Assembly (NCBI RefSeq): GCF_964355755.1
Contig: NC_092678.1
Location: 3,798,422-3,862,421, forward strand
Reading direction: 5' to 3'
Source: Antedon mediterranea
Taxonomy: Eukaryota > Animalia > Echinodermata
Length of the DNA: 64,000 bases
Each line of letters starts with the position of its first letter. Position 1 is the stretch's first letter. The position numbers and the translations under genes were made by a program. The notes beneath the pieces were generated by a model. It saw nothing but the letters and a program-made list of their open reading frames with translations. It was not told where the DNA came from and ran no database searches. Below, piece after piece: positions 13,161-27,700 of this stretch.

Positions 13161-16100
13161 TATTGTGACACTACTGTTTATTATATTTAATTGCATGGCC
13201 ATTAACTGCAGATAACTAAAAACTTTCTAATAATAAAGATGTCACATTCAATGAAGATGCTACTGAGGAATCAGACACTACCTCTATTTATCCCTCTACA
13301 ATTACACATAATCTTTTGAATTTGACACATAAAAAATGAAGCAATTGTTCAAGGCTATATTTCAACGAGAACAAATTAGTTTAATAACGATTTAGTTACA
13401 ATCATCATAATGTTCGGTATAGTCATTACAATGTACATGCAATTATCGTTACAAACAACGTGCAATTTATGAAGAATAGTGGTTGTAAAATTACTTGTAA
13501 GTTGATTTATAAGAATATGATCCAAAGCAATATGATTTAGTAGTGAGATCTAATGTTATCTAAAGGCTATTGTTAGCAGGGGGACTCGATACCTCCCCTC
13601 TCACCAATAGCCATACTAATAATGACAAATTTAAAAGCCAATTTTTTACCTGTATATACTGTTAAACTGAGAGATTATAGATTAATTTTTAGCTTCAGGT
13701 TTAATCCTTTTCCTACAATGTCAACTTGGTTACGAAAGAAAAAATGGAAAAAGGGGGATATGTTGCTGGATATATTATTTTATTGTACTAATAATGCTCT
13801 TTCTCTTTCAGATAGATTTTAAATTCAAGCATCTCTTTTCTGTATCCTGTACATAATAATGTTCCTATGATAGACACAAGACAAGACACAATAAATTTAA
13901 ATAAAATCTCTTTGTTAGTTTATAATACTAGTGTAAAAGATATTCTAGTGCACCTGACTTGAGTACCAAAGTTTGTACCTTTGTCCAAAGATTACTTCAG
14001 ATTATTGCTGGATCTTAACAGAGCTATTGTTATAGATAAACATTCATTGATTTTCTACAGACAGGTGGAAGAGTCATTTGAAGGGCACAATCAATTTAAG
14101 AAATGTTGGAGGACCTGTCAGTAAGCATATAACTATTGATTATGTTAAAATCCATTTATTTGAGAACCAATTAGAATGCATTTGTAAACATGATAGTTGG
14201 GTGGATTTCAAGAAAGACCTGGATAAAAAAAAAAGTTGCTTTTAAACGAACCCTAATAATCTAGAAGCTAATAGGTGAACTTTACTATTGATAAGCCAAG
14301 TGAATGGTTTACAAGGAACATCTATTCTTTGGAAACATGCAGAACCAATGAGGAACTAAAACATAAAAATTACCACAATAAACCTTCGGGACTTTAGAGT
14401 ATTCATGCAAATATTTGCATACCAGTTTAGTATCATTAACTAACTTTAGCTTAGTATATATTATCAGTGGGTTTAAAAGGTGAAATTTGAATACATTTAT
14501 TTTTTTTTTAATCAGACTTTGTTGGAATTTGCAAAACCAAAGGCAACCTATTTTGTAAGAGTATCTACAAAACTTCAGGGATTTGGTAAAATAACTTGTC
14601 TATTCCAATATAATATTGATTTTATCAACTGAAATATTTCCTAGGCAATTAACCAATTCTTTACGACTAACCTGATTAGAATTTGCATACAAAAAACAAA
14701 GAGGAACTATTTCTTAAATTTATACATTATCTGCCGAACCTAGGGAGTAATAAAGTTAATAATAACCATTTGTGTACAAGAGAAGATCAGATCAAAATAC
14801 ATCATAATTTACATGCTTCATTCACCTTTTTAAGAGGCCACTGACTTTGATCAATATCTTTAAATATTTGATGTGGGATAAAATGAAGCATTGTCTTCCA
14901 AGTATGGTGAATTTACTTTGATCTTTTTATGTTGATGTTTTTGCTTATTAATAATGTGATGTGTGAAAATGCAAAAGGTACTGAATATTTTAACATAAGA
15001 AGGCCAGTTGGAGCTATTTTTGTGGATGTAGAGACAAGGAAGTTCCAATAGTATGTAGAAAAAAAAATCTTAAATGCTCCTTAAAATGACTTATGGATAC
15101 AAGGAAATGTGTAGGAAAAAAAAGCAACAAAGCAATGGAATGGTAACTGCAAGGAGAGAATCCAAAACTCAAGAAAATTTAAGGCATTATAGAGAAAATA
15201 AAATAAAATCAGAGATGGGGAGAACAGGAGGACCAAAAAATAACAGATTTGCAGCCAGGAACTAGTAGAAGTAATAGGTGTAGATGCAATAACAACCTCA
15301 CAAAATGAACTACCTAGGCAAAGACAACAATAAAATGAGAATGAGGGAGCCATAAATGAATTAATCAACTAAATTTAAAATATTAATTAATAGTAGGCCT
15401 ATTTTAAAGGCATAATTTCTCCAAAATCTACCATAAATCAAAATTAATTTATTTTTTAGATTAAATTGGTTTTCTATTTCATAATAAAAATAAACAAACC
15501 AACAAACATTTGTTATTGCTAGTTATGAGATCATTAATTATGAATATAATAGCTTTCTGCATTGACAATCTTTAATTTTACGGCACATACATTCAAACAA
15601 AGCCACAACAAGTTTACTAACATGTCAACAAAAGGATGAGGATTCCATCATACGGTGACTGGCACCACTCCGCGCCAACCATCAGTATTGATTATAAGTT
15701 AGCACAGCAAAGTTTACGCATCATGAAGACGTGAAATGATGCGCATGGAAAATGACAAATTAAAAGTGAGAAGTTCGAACTAAAGAGGTGAGCGTATGAG
15801 TGGAGCATTACGGTAATGGCTCATGACGACTTCTTGTTGATCAGGTTGAAAGTACACAATCAAATAAAACCATTTTGACATTAAAAAAACAGCAAAAACT
15901 GTTGGAACTTTGGTATTATGAAGACTACTGATCGTAAATGATTATGACAAATATTTAAAGGGAAAAAAAGTACTGCTGTATTGTTTACTGACGTTTAAAA
16001 GATAAAATGACAATGAAAATATTTAAGAATATGTAAAATTCATTTCAAGAAATTTCAGTTGCTTATATATTTATTTTCAACGAGAAATAATGAGCAAGAT

Positions 16101-16343
16101 TGCTGGAAAAATGGATAATTACTTTAGTACGAAGATCAAACCAATACATAATACAATTAATTATTGTCATACTAATAGTCCAATCTTGTAATGAAGCAAC
16201 GTTATTACGACCAAGAACACAATCACACATATATACGTCACAAGAGCAATTATAAACCATCTATTTACAGAGAAGTACTTTAAATCCCTGACTGATCGCA
16301 AACGATGTATGTTCGGTTGAAATGATGATTGATTGATTCGCAT

Positions 16344-16357
16344 GTTGCCATGGTAAC
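16344..16357. promoter_or_regulatory. RFX X-box motif GTTGCCATGGTAAC
   Basis: Exact match to the palindromic X-box consensus GTTRCCATGGYAAC. It lies in a locally CpG-retaining stretch, 5 bp before an ATG in aaaATGG context. Confidence 0.5.
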
Positions 16358-18872
16358 ACAAAATGGCTGACCATGATGATAAAACGTTGATTAAAATGGC
16401 AATGACAACCGAGAAAGTGATGAATGAGCTAAACAAAAATGTCAACGGTGCTCAAGAAAACAAGAAAGCCGCACTGTCTACGAAAAACTTGGCACAGATA
16501 TTAACAATCCAAGCTCGTATGACATATACAATTATTGCTTCGTATTTCAGAATTTACCTCTCTTAAAAATAAAAAAAACACATAAATCTACGATTTGTAA
16601 TATTTACAACGCAGTGTACATACAACTAACCATTCAAACAAATTAATATACGATTCAAACAATTTGATGCAGTCAATTGTTCTTCATTTAAATGTATATA
16701 CATTGAATAAAATAAATGAAATTCACATAAATTTGCGATTTTAAGTGAATAAAACGACATCAAACCATTTAAACTAATTTATATAAAATTCAAACAAATT
16801 TGATGCAATCAATGTTCCTTTATTCAAATATTCATACAATTTAAATTTGTTTTTTATGTTATTTTGAAGTTAACAATCTAATAATTCCATACTTTGAACT
16901 TCAAAATGTACATTTGCCAACATACAATTATGTTTCCTAAAAATATTATTGTTTTAATGTTAGTATGACTTCATTAACAATTTCTTTACAAAAATGTTGC
17001 ATATTGTAATTTCCCTTCAAAAACAAATATTATGTATGTAACCCACTCAAGGGAATAATTAACATTTTACAGACAGGACAACAATCACTTCCTTGTACGT
17101 AAATTAGTGGTATAATAATAAGTGGGTTTTCATTTAGTGTCTATCTGGTATCCTATGTAAATATGTATTGTGATGTAATCAACATATACGATTACGTCAC
17201 ACGTCATTGTTTTATAATTACCCTCGAGGGGGCAATTAATGAGTATAGACATACTTGGACACAATAAATGGCAAAGTTTATTGAAAAACTGGTTTTTCTT
17301 TACTGATAAAACTACTTTTATCGTTTCTGTTGAATATAATTATATTTCTCAAATCTTTTTAAAAGAATGTATATTTGACATACACATTGGATATATAATG
17401 CAAATAAAATCAATAGTGCTCTCTTTTAACAGTAAGCTCAGCTGCCCATGTTAAAATTAACATAAAAAGGAATCAAATGTTAGGTTGATGTGTTTTATTT
17501 CTGCTTCATATACATAATATACTGGAGATTTTGCTGTTATATAATACCAAAATATTGAATATTGATAGTAAGGTCAATAAAAAAAACTATCTGTGACAAT
17601 TAGTAGTGATGATGATGATGATGATGATATTCAGGCCTACGATGAAGCTGAATATAGGCTAATAATAAATAATAGGTAAACATTCTGAAAAATATGAATA
17701 TAATTAATTTCTTTTAATTTGCTTCAAGAAAGGTAGAAAGAATGGTGTGTCCACGAAGCCCACAAAAGCTAAGCACTCAGCCACCTGATCGCAAAAGATT
17801 TATCAAATTTCATGATTTCTACTAAGTAGTTATAATAAATATTACCTAAACAATAGAAATTCTAGCTAACAAAACCTCATAAAGCTAAGCCCTACAACAG
17901 GTTATACATCAAGCCCCAGAGGCGATGTTTAGCCAATCACGCATCAGTAAATAATTCAAAACTATTCGCACTTCAGGTTTTTAAATATCTAAAACAGAAA
18001 AAAAAAGAATTGCCAGGGTGGATTTTAAATACGGTAAAGACAATGAGAAGTGTGCCTATTGAAATTTGGCTGCAACTCAAGACACAGACAATAAACTATT
18101 CAATGATTAGTTGAAAGCACTCGGGGCCTGAGTATTGATTTGTAATAAGGGTCAAACAAAGCAGCGTGTGCCTAAGTGTGCCTGTGTTTTTACCCTGTAT
18201 TTTTCCAATTGTTTTTAATGAATAAGGAATAAGCCACCTTGGATGAAGCATGTCACGATTCCCTTTTAATTGACTTTGTTTTGTCTGCAGCAGACATGTG
18301 GCAAAGTGTCCAATTAATGCAAACAACATGATCCTAACTTGTTGGTAGTGTTGTCTAAAAGAAAAACTATCAAATAAAACAAAAAGGTACTAATCTTTCA
18401 TAAAAACAGTTTATATAGGTCCCTTTGATGCGACACAACAAAGATAACATTTGGAGGATTTCTTTTACTCAGCATCGTAATTCCATGAAAATGCATTATT
18501 CACTGCTGCTATTTTAATTAATGTTTTGTTTCTCAGGATTAAGATCAGCTATATATTGTGTTCATCTGGTTATTTTAAGATGTATAATTTATCTTTAACT
18601 AGATGATGTTTTTAGAAAAGTATTGGAAACCAACAGAGAGATACCAATAATGACATAGAGGCCAATACACACCCTCCACTGATGATGTCAATTGTTCTAT
18701 TTTAACCAAATTTATTAGTAACTAAATTGAATCAGCAATATCATAATTTATTGTTGTTGACACAGACAATGAGCGTCATTTTGTAGGACCTTCAAACAAA
18801 GGTGCCTTTTTGGAAGAAGAAAAAAGGTAAAATCTAGTCCACTGTGCATTGAGAAGGTTATTTTTGTATAAT

Positions 18873-19660
18873 TGATGTTGTTGTTTTGTTGCTAACGTTT
18901 TCCGTCTTCCGACATTACGCTTTCCACAATTTGTTTCCATTTTTTTCTGTTTATGGCAGGATGGTTTGTTATTGTGTTAGTGTCTACTAGTCCTTGTAAG
19001 TCTTTCTTTATTTGATTCATCCAGTTATTTCTTGGTCTTCCTACGGGTCGTTTTACTTTCCTGTTAGTTTCCTTCATTGTTTGTTTGATTGGGGTATCAT
19101 CCGGTAATCTAATTATGTGTCCATACCATTTTAGTCTCCTTCGTTTAATTCTTTTACTCCATTCTTCTTGTTTTGTTATCTCGTATATTTTCGTGTTACA
19201 CTCTATCTGTTAATTTAATATCTATTATCTTTCGCAACATTTTCCTGTGATATATATCTATACTCTCTTGTAATTTTTTGTTTAGTACCCAGAGTTCACT
19301 GTTATATAAGAAAATACTTGCTATGTATGCGTCAAACAAACGGGATTTCACGTCTATAGACATCGTTTTGTGTTCTAGCGACGGCTTCAGCTTGTTATAT
19401 GCCATAGCTGCTAGTGATTTTCTTCTTTTAATGTCTTTTTCTGTGTCCAAGTTACTACCGAGGTATTTGCATTCTTCCCATTTACTATCGGTGTTTCTTC
19501 CTATTAGGTATTCTTCTGTTTTACTTTCGTTTATCTTTAGATTGAATTCTGCTAATTTCTCTGTTACTTTTTTCTTTATTTTAGTTATGTGTTCTTTTGA
19601 GTCGCTAATAAATGAAATGTCATCTGCATACTGCATCTGGATATTAAGCTGTTGTAGGGG
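18873..19660 (-). mobile_element. 5'-truncated RTE-clade LINE (RT C-terminal half, frameshifted)
   Basis: QYADDISF...KINESKTE...KYLGS...YNSELW, then a frameshift near 19197. It continues RRRLKWYGHIIRLPDD...KRPVGRPRNNW...KKW to the stop at 18892, followed by a (CAA)n-like tail. Confidence 0.9.
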
Positions 19661-22600
19661 TAGTGGTGTTGTATTGAAGCCCAATATAATACAAATCTAT
19701 TATATTATAGGATGATATGAACAGAAAAATTCCAATGGACACCATGGCAACTGTTGGTACAACACAAACAATTGATTATAGTAATTAAAACTAAACACTA
19801 ACAGATCCTCATTCTGTTAAATGAGAGCAGTAGGCCTACACATGTCCCATTAGACAATGAGATCATTATTGATTCAGACACCAACAATGCTGCATGTGCC
19901 AAAGTGTGCCTGTGTTCAAACCTTTATTTACTTCAATTGTTGTTTTAATGAATAAAACAAACTTGCTTTGTTCTGTGAGGACAAGGCGTGTGGCAAAGTG
20001 TGCCATAATTGGAAAAAGTAGATGATGGTCAAAATTTGCTGGTATTGTTAAAAAAAAAACATATAGAAAGTCTGAAAAACATTCTCTACTTTTAATTTAT
20101 ATACAACCAGGGAGAAATGATTTGACAGCTTGATCTTAATAGAAATTAAGAACCTAAAGTGGAATTTAAAAACTTAGAAAGCTTATGATCTGAAATTTAG
20201 AACAAACTTTCAGCACAGTAACTGGAAAGGTGTTGTTTGAACAAACACAGAGGACTTGGGATTGGAAAAATTTCAACAATATTAAATGGTGTTGCTGGTA
20301 CTGTAAGTTACTTTCAATCATATGGTGACTTCAATCAAAATCAAACTGACACTTCTTCTAATCTTAAATGATATCATCTTCTATCCTTAATGAAAAGAAT
20401 GACACCAACACATGTGGCTTTCGGTAAAACAATAGAAAAAGACAATAGAAAATACTATGACCAGAACTAAAACTTAAGTAGCAATTAAGAGAAATTGAAT
20501 CTTATGGTTTAAATGAAAAGAAGATGATCTACGTTTGTCTCCAGAGAGGTACATACACAAAGCTGATATTCACAGAGGAAATCAGTCATAAGAGAGTGCT
20601 AATTACTCATTAAGTAATATTTCTTGGGAATTCTCTATAAAAGCAAAAACGTGTTCTATTGTCTGCAGTTAAATGACAGATTTTATTGTTGCAATAAATA
20701 AAATTGATACTTTGAATTTAGAAAACTTGGTATATTTAATTTAGAAAGTTGCACACAACTTGAGCTCAGATAGGTCTCAAGTTAAAGGTGGGTTACTTAT
20801 TTAGAAGAGGGGTTACTTATTTACAAGAGAGGCCCTCCTTAGGGCAGGTGTTTAGTGAATATTAAGCTGGGTGGGAAGGCCTAAAATTACTGGGTGGAAA
20901 CAACTCCGCTTGATGACTTCGCCCATCTCTACCTGTATTGTTGAGGGTACCCATAATGTGTTACAAGTGGGAAGTGTTAAAATTGCATGGTACTGGGGAA
21001 TCTAATAAGGTTCCTTCCCTTTGACTGTTGGGTTGTTGGTTCTACTCCCATTCTCTTACTTAAACCTAACCTACTTTTAAGAAAAAAATAAAAGCAGGTA
21101 AATTCTATGACCTTTCATTTTGTTGAGACATTCCAAGGGTAAACATAATAGGCCTACATTTTGATATTAAATATGAATTTAAGAGTAAATTAAATGATGT
21201 GAACTATGATGAGATAATGGAATTTATGATTATAGATGTTTAATCTTTATATTATGTCTGTTGACCTATCTTTAGAAGAAAGTCAATTTTGTATCGATTT
21301 TATTAACTTCAGCCATTTTCTAATGATCCATATGAAAAAGAAAATGAACCTAATAGTTTCTCTATGCTATTTTGTAGTATAAGTTTTATAGTAGATAATA
21401 TATTGGATATTTTAGTAAGCTCCATCATTTTCCATGGAGTCGTTTCGTTATAACCGATGAATCAGAAAATACAGCAATGAACATGAACATTATATAATGT
21501 TAACCTTTTTGGTCTTTGAATCTGTATGTTATCCAGTCAGTTAAAATAACAAAGATATCTACTATCTAGGACGCTAACATTAGCGATATCATTACTACCT
21601 CTTCATAGCTTATTCGTTCGATTAGATTTTTCTTGGCATATATCTTGCAAAATAGTTAGAGCTAAATATCATCCAATTGGCATTTGACACATTGAAAAAA
21701 AATAAAATAGCTGATAAAAAAGATTGCTGAAATATATAAATGTTAGAATAATATAAATTTGAACTGCTATAACAGAGTTCAAACCTACAACCTTTATTTT
21801 CATATTCCTAAATTATCACAGAAAGAAAAGTAGATAGAATAATATAATATTATAAAATAATACTGGATATATATATAGATGAAAAATAATAATATAAACG
21901 AATAAACTCTAGTACAGTAACTAATTTTGCACCCTACCCACATTTATACTACCCATTTTTATCAGCAGATGGCACTATGCCCTGCTATCTATAGGGCAGG
22001 CTGGTTACTAGGCAACTTATCTAGTATTATCAAAGTTTCAATGAAAAGTTGTGGAAGTATTGTTTTGTTAATGAATTGTTTTCCAAAATATAAAGACAAA
22101 AACTTACTCAGTCTGACACAAGGAAAGTTTTGGATCATGGTTGAATAAATTCTTAATCTCCTTGTTTTGACCTGGGATTTAAAAAGTCAATAATCCAGCT
22201 ATGTGCTTTAACTGACGAGGTTAAACTGTTTAAATTGAACAACAGAGGCTTAGAAATTGAGTGAAATAATTAGTGAGTATCTTGCTGATTAAAGTGGGTG
22301 ATCAGCCCAGTAACACAGCATGCTATTATTAGTATGTCTATATTGTTACAAAATATCGTTTTTTTTTACAAAGTGGCCAAATCTTAGGCCTATTAGCTCT
22401 TCTTTGTAAATTGAAAAACACAAAACTATGTATGAGGGTTGAATTGAAACTGCGAAGTTCCTACTAACTTCTAAGTATGTTTTCTAAATACACAACATAT
22501 AACATTCATCCAAAACTTATTAAATGTTGTAAGGAAAACAAATCCCACATATCTTTAACAAAGATAAAACATGAAATATGAAAATATTAGTTTTCTTGAG

Positions 22601-23324
22601 GACATGTCTTTCATTCAGTGTAATGCTAACTGTAGGATTTACAATATCAATCTAATTTAAATTAAACACAATTCAAGAAAAAGATAACATTTCCGAATGT
22701 TATTTACTTTTTATTTGATCGATTCATCTTCCATAAGTTTGACAGGACATATCATAGATTTAAAGATAATGTCATAAGACGATAAATCCAGTGTTGAAAT
22801 CTTTAAATCCAAAAAGATTTACAAATGTTTGCAATGAAATAAAAAACAAATTATGCATTTATTATATAAGGAGCTAAAAAAGTAAAAGAAATCATTTTAT
22901 ATAAGTTTGAAACTTGCACATAGAAATTTCTCACCTACATCCAAATTAGGGTGGGTCTAATATGGGTGTGGCATGTACGAAAAAATGCAGGAAACATTAT
23001 ATAAAATTCTTGTACATGGCCTTTAATATCTCAACAAACAAAAATTAGAATAAAGGAACAGGTTAAACAGTGCAATGATGAGTTTATGATTGAAACATTT
23101 TTAATTGCTAACTTCAGAAGATAAAATTCTTGTTATGTTAAATTTAACAGTGCTGACTATGATTTCATACCACCCTAAGCTATGCCCTAGATATTAGGCA
23201 TAGATCACAAAATACACTGGTACCAGGGTTATCTGTGTGGAATCCATGGTATTGCACAGAGATATAATATCACAGCACTGATAAAGAAAAAGTGTACTGT
23301 AAACGAAGGCAGTTATCTTTTCAG

Positions 23325-23500
23325 CCAATCAGAGAGCTTCTTAAGTACCTACTGACACACTGCTATCGTTCTGCTTGAGCAGGTTTCAATTACAAGTAAG
23401 CCTGCTACAATAGGCAGGGTGTTACTGTGAAAGCAGTCAGCGCATGCTAGCCAACACAGAGCTTATAAAAGCAGACAATCAGTAAACCTACAACTTCACT
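23325..23500 (+). promoter_or_regulatory. TIMP core promoter: CCAAT box (23325), TATAAAA (23464-23470), Inr-like TCACTT ~30 bp downstream
   Basis: agCCAATcag, TATAAAAg and cTTCACTTag are in canonical order and spacing, about 130-300 bp upstream of the TIMP ATG. Confidence 0.7.
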
Positions 23501-23625
23501 TAGCAGCTAACTTTGGCTGAAAAAGGATTACTTACTAGAGAAAAGTTACAAACAAAAATAAATTGAACAGACAAGGAAGACGTTATAACCGCACTGCCTA
23601 TTGGACAGTATAGATCTTAAACAAC

Positions 23626-23749
23626 ATGGCGATTACTACGCAATTGTTAACTTTTCTTGGACTGATTTTTATCTCATGTTTTTATGCTGTGATGTCATGT
23701 ACTTGTTTGCCTGCACATCCCCAGGACCACTTTTGCAAGTCAGATTTTG
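23626..23749 (+). CDS. TIMP: TIMP coding exon 1 (signal peptide and CTC N-terminus)
   Basis: MAITTQLLTFLGLIFISCFYAVMS-CTCLPAHPQDHFCKSDF gives a signal peptide plus the TIMP signature CxCxPxHPQxxFCxSD. Donor G|GTAGGT, phase 1. Not in the ORF track. Confidence 0.95.
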
Positions 23750-24100
23750 GTAGGTGATATTGATACGGAAATCAGAGAAAAAAGCAACTTTCCTGATATT
23801 GTTATTATTATTTATATATTCATTATTCATTTTATTTATGCATTATTTTTTTTTTGTAATTTACTGTACTTCAGTTTCTATAGGTACATGTTAAACATTT
23901 TTGTATAAAATTAATGTCTTAATACTATATAGTATACCATTACCAGTGATTACACTTTAACCATACAGTAATAAGATTCTTTTTTTGAACAAATTCAAAC
24001 TTTAAAAAATTCTTTAATAATGACCTAATTAGTACTTTGTTATAAAACCAAAAAAAGTCTAAACATGCTCAACATTTTTTTTCAATTAATGTTCAGTCAC

Positions 24101-24180
24101 TCATTGAATATTCATTAGCCTCCAAGATTTCTATTGAATATTCATTAACCAAAAATGCGTCTATTAAATATTCATTAGCC
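24101..24180. repeat. Three copies of a ~20-bp motif at 30-bp spacing
   Basis: (t)attgaatattcatta(g/a)cc occurs at ~24103, ~24133 and ~24163. Confidence 0.7.
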
Positions 24181-24549
24181 AGCGAGGACTCCGCAGGGTG
24201 TTTCATAGCCTTTAATTACAAACATGTCATCAAGCCAACATAAACTACACATCATAATTCATGACAGTCCAAAGTTAAAAAAGATACATAAAATGTAGGC
24301 TCCTGACTAAGAGGATTTTGTCATGATAGCTTTGGGGCTTTGATTCCTGTTGATGGGTAAAGCCTTCGTTGCATTTCACAGTGTAGTAAATCCATAACAA
24401 ACTGACAGTCGCAAACAAGTTTAAACATTTGTAGGCCTAACTGTATATGGTTTAATTGCAACACAATGTAACTGAATCATGAAAACAAGCAAAGGGAGAT
24501 TCATTTATTTGGAAACATTTTTACAATGAACTAAACAACATTTTCGCTA

Positions 24550-24730
24550 AAGCATGGTTCCCACTAGCGATGCAACGCAAGGACGTAACGCAACGCAAGT
24601 GAATTGACCAATCACAAGCGATGGCTTATTCGCTTGTGATTGCTAACTGTCTATAACTTCGCTTGTCATTGGTTAAAACGCTTGCGTTGGGTTTACGTCC
24701 TTGCGTTACGTTCTAATGGGAACCAAGCTT
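24550..24730. mobile_element. 181-bp MITE in TIMP intron 1
   Basis: TIRs aagcatggttcccactag / ctaatgggaaccaagctt with subterminal inverted acgcaaggacgta motifs. A second copy lies at 59171-60016. Confidence 0.85.
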
Positions 24731-27700
24731 CACTCTATTTTAATTCCGTCCTGCCATAGTACCTCTAAAGACCTCAAACAAAGTGGCTGATTGTATTATT
24801 TTCTTTCATATTGTCAATTATACAACCTTTGATGAAATCCTTAATGCCCCTTTTACTATAGTATTAAAGTTAAGCAAATACTTTCCCACTGCAATTGTAT
24901 ACAGTGTTGATAGTGTGTACCTGTACACACAGTAAATCTTCGCGTGAGTCTAAACACAGGCTCGCGACTTGTTATTAATAATCAACTGAAGAATTGAAAA
25001 AGGAAATTAAATCACGTTCCTATACAAATAAGTGATATAACCCACAGATTTCAACCAGCACACTATGTCTATGGAAATAAATATCAATGATTTTTAAAGT
25101 TTGGGAGAGAATTGTTTTCAATCGTAATAATAAAGTTTACTGTGTTTAATAATTCATCATTTGGACTTTGTTCAACAACACGCGACTGAGGATCTTGTAT
25201 TGTTTTTGATGTTTACATGGCACTCCACTCCTATCTATGATTGGTCGCCAGCCTACCTAGGCACGTACCTTCAACAACCACATTTGCAGGTGTTACTAAG
25301 CAAACACTTATTCGTTATAAAGATTAATAAAATCCTAAGCTTTCAAACCGAAAAAAAGCATGTTCCATTTCTTAAGTGGAAATATGCTTTTTGTTGAGCT
25401 ACTTGATTTGATGGTCATAGAATTTACTTTATGACTAATTTAAACAATTATCAGGATTTTCTTAAATCAAAAATTCAGTATGATTATCACCGTATGGTGG
25501 TATAGTTAAATCTATTAACATTATGATAATTACTGTACAAAAAAAATATGGTTTTTTAAATCTATGACTAACAGACTACTATACTGTACCATTGAAAAAA
25601 AAGCAGGACAAGTCATCCTAAATTGGTCAGTCTTAAATGACAGTAATCTAGATATCTTTAAAACTGTTTTTCTTTACATAATTCAACTGCATAACTGCTA
25701 CAACATACGGTATATAAATAGGTACACTTTTTGCAAACCTGTGCAAAATGTACTGTCGGTTGCAAGCACAAGACTACAATCATGTGTGCTGCTCACCATT
25801 TCTATCATAAAAAGATCGTTGTAATATTTATTTACCGTACTTTGCTTAATAGTTATCAAGAAAAGACTATAGGAGAAGTTTATATGCATATTCCCTCTCC
25901 CATACCTTACTGTACAGTGTATACACTAAAGGCAAAGATCAAATCAACAAAACATTTTAGTGTCTTCTTAAAAACTACAAATAGGAATAATTAAACATTA
26001 TCCCTACTTTGCTGCTAACAAACCACAAGTTCATGAAACTAAAATCACCAGTATTCAAATGTAACCTGTAGGCATAACTTCAAAGAATACGAAAACACTA
26101 TTAACTATTCAGGGCCATATCAAATTTTGTTCTTCTTTATTTCTGGTCGTGTTCACATTACTATCACTTCAATGGTTCACAATGATTCGGGATATACCAC
26201 TGGGTTCACAAAAACAAGTTCTATGTCTTTTAAAATAGAAACATCTGTAAACAGGAACTGCGAGTTCTATAAAAAAAATTCTAACAATTGTTATTTGTTT
26301 AGGGATCTCCTGGTGGTTTTACGTATTGGAACAATTCTTTATACTAACGTGTATCTGACCCTGACATTAACAATTGACAATGAAAGAAAAACGTCCAATT
26401 ATTGAGAATCCTATGTGTTGAATTAATTTTCAATGGAGAAAACATTATCATTTTCACCCATGTAAATTGTCTACTTTTAAACCCCTAACCTCACACTCAT
26501 TTCTTCTTTTCAAATTGAAAGTATACAATACGAGACTGAAATTATTTATTTGTAACGTACTATAATTACTGTATATTAGTTTTAAAAGCCTGCAATAACA
26601 TTTTTCCTAAAGTGATAAATGATCAAACATCAGTTATTGAATTATTATCATGTGTAATTCTTTCAAAATTTATTATCTCTTACTTGCAATATTTAATCAT
26701 GTCCAAGGACATATTGGTTTAATAAATTCATCATTCTTTAGTACAGGGACTCACTCAAAGTTCACAGAATTTTCAAACATAAAAATGAATTTTTAATGGT
26801 AGAATTTGTCAGCGCAAACACTTAAGTAATACATTTTACGATCATGTACATTAAATAATGAATTCAGAGTTTGGCGAAATGAAGACGAAATAAAAATATC
26901 CAATCTAAATTGTAAGGTTGACATTCAAGTGAAGGAAATTTAATCAAGTATGCAAGTTGAAGAAATTAAACTGAATAGTTTACATAGAATGGTCTGCGAA
27001 TGCAATGTGGATATTTACAACCAAACATACATATGCAAAGGGTTGACTAAACTACCACATGATTTATTAAATCATTTGCTAAAGATTCCCTAAAATTAAA
27101 CTCAACTTATTTGTTCATTTCTCAGCAGGCCTTATACTCTATATTCACTTTACTATACAGTTTCCAGATAACTATACCTCACCCTCCTCCCCTACCATCC
27201 AAAAGCCCACTCAATTTTGCTTATAGAAGTTGGAACTAACACTAAATTATATTACAAACGCTTTGTGGTGTAGAGTACTGTAGATATAGGAGAAATAATA
27301 AAAAACATTAATCACCCCTGCATTAATATGTATATAATTACAGAAATAGGCCTAAATCAAAATTTGTCATGGTGAATGTTAAAGAAGGCATTTTAAATGC
27401 CTTACCATCAATAAATAAAGCATAACACACTGTCATCATTATGGTATGTCCATTCAAACAAGATACCTACACGTTTGTAAAAACTTACTGAATGGAATTG
27501 AACAGAAATGTTATTGTGTAAAAAAGAATTTTATGTTTTTCAAAAGAGCTTGGTACTAACAATTGAAAGCAAACAACCGTTAACAAACAAAGAGTTGATG
27601 AAATAATTTTGTTTGAAAAGATCGGTATTTACAGATAAAAATTATCTCTACAATTATCTAGTTGGAAAGAGATACTATCTTTAAATCGGTTAGAACAAAG

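Noticed and set aside
15074-15330. Possible further RTE 3' remnants (also ~1960-2300)
   Set aside because: Only scattered motif resemblance; too degenerate to call.
19278-19715. 145-aa plus-strand ORF
   Set aside because: Antisense to the LINE reverse transcriptase.
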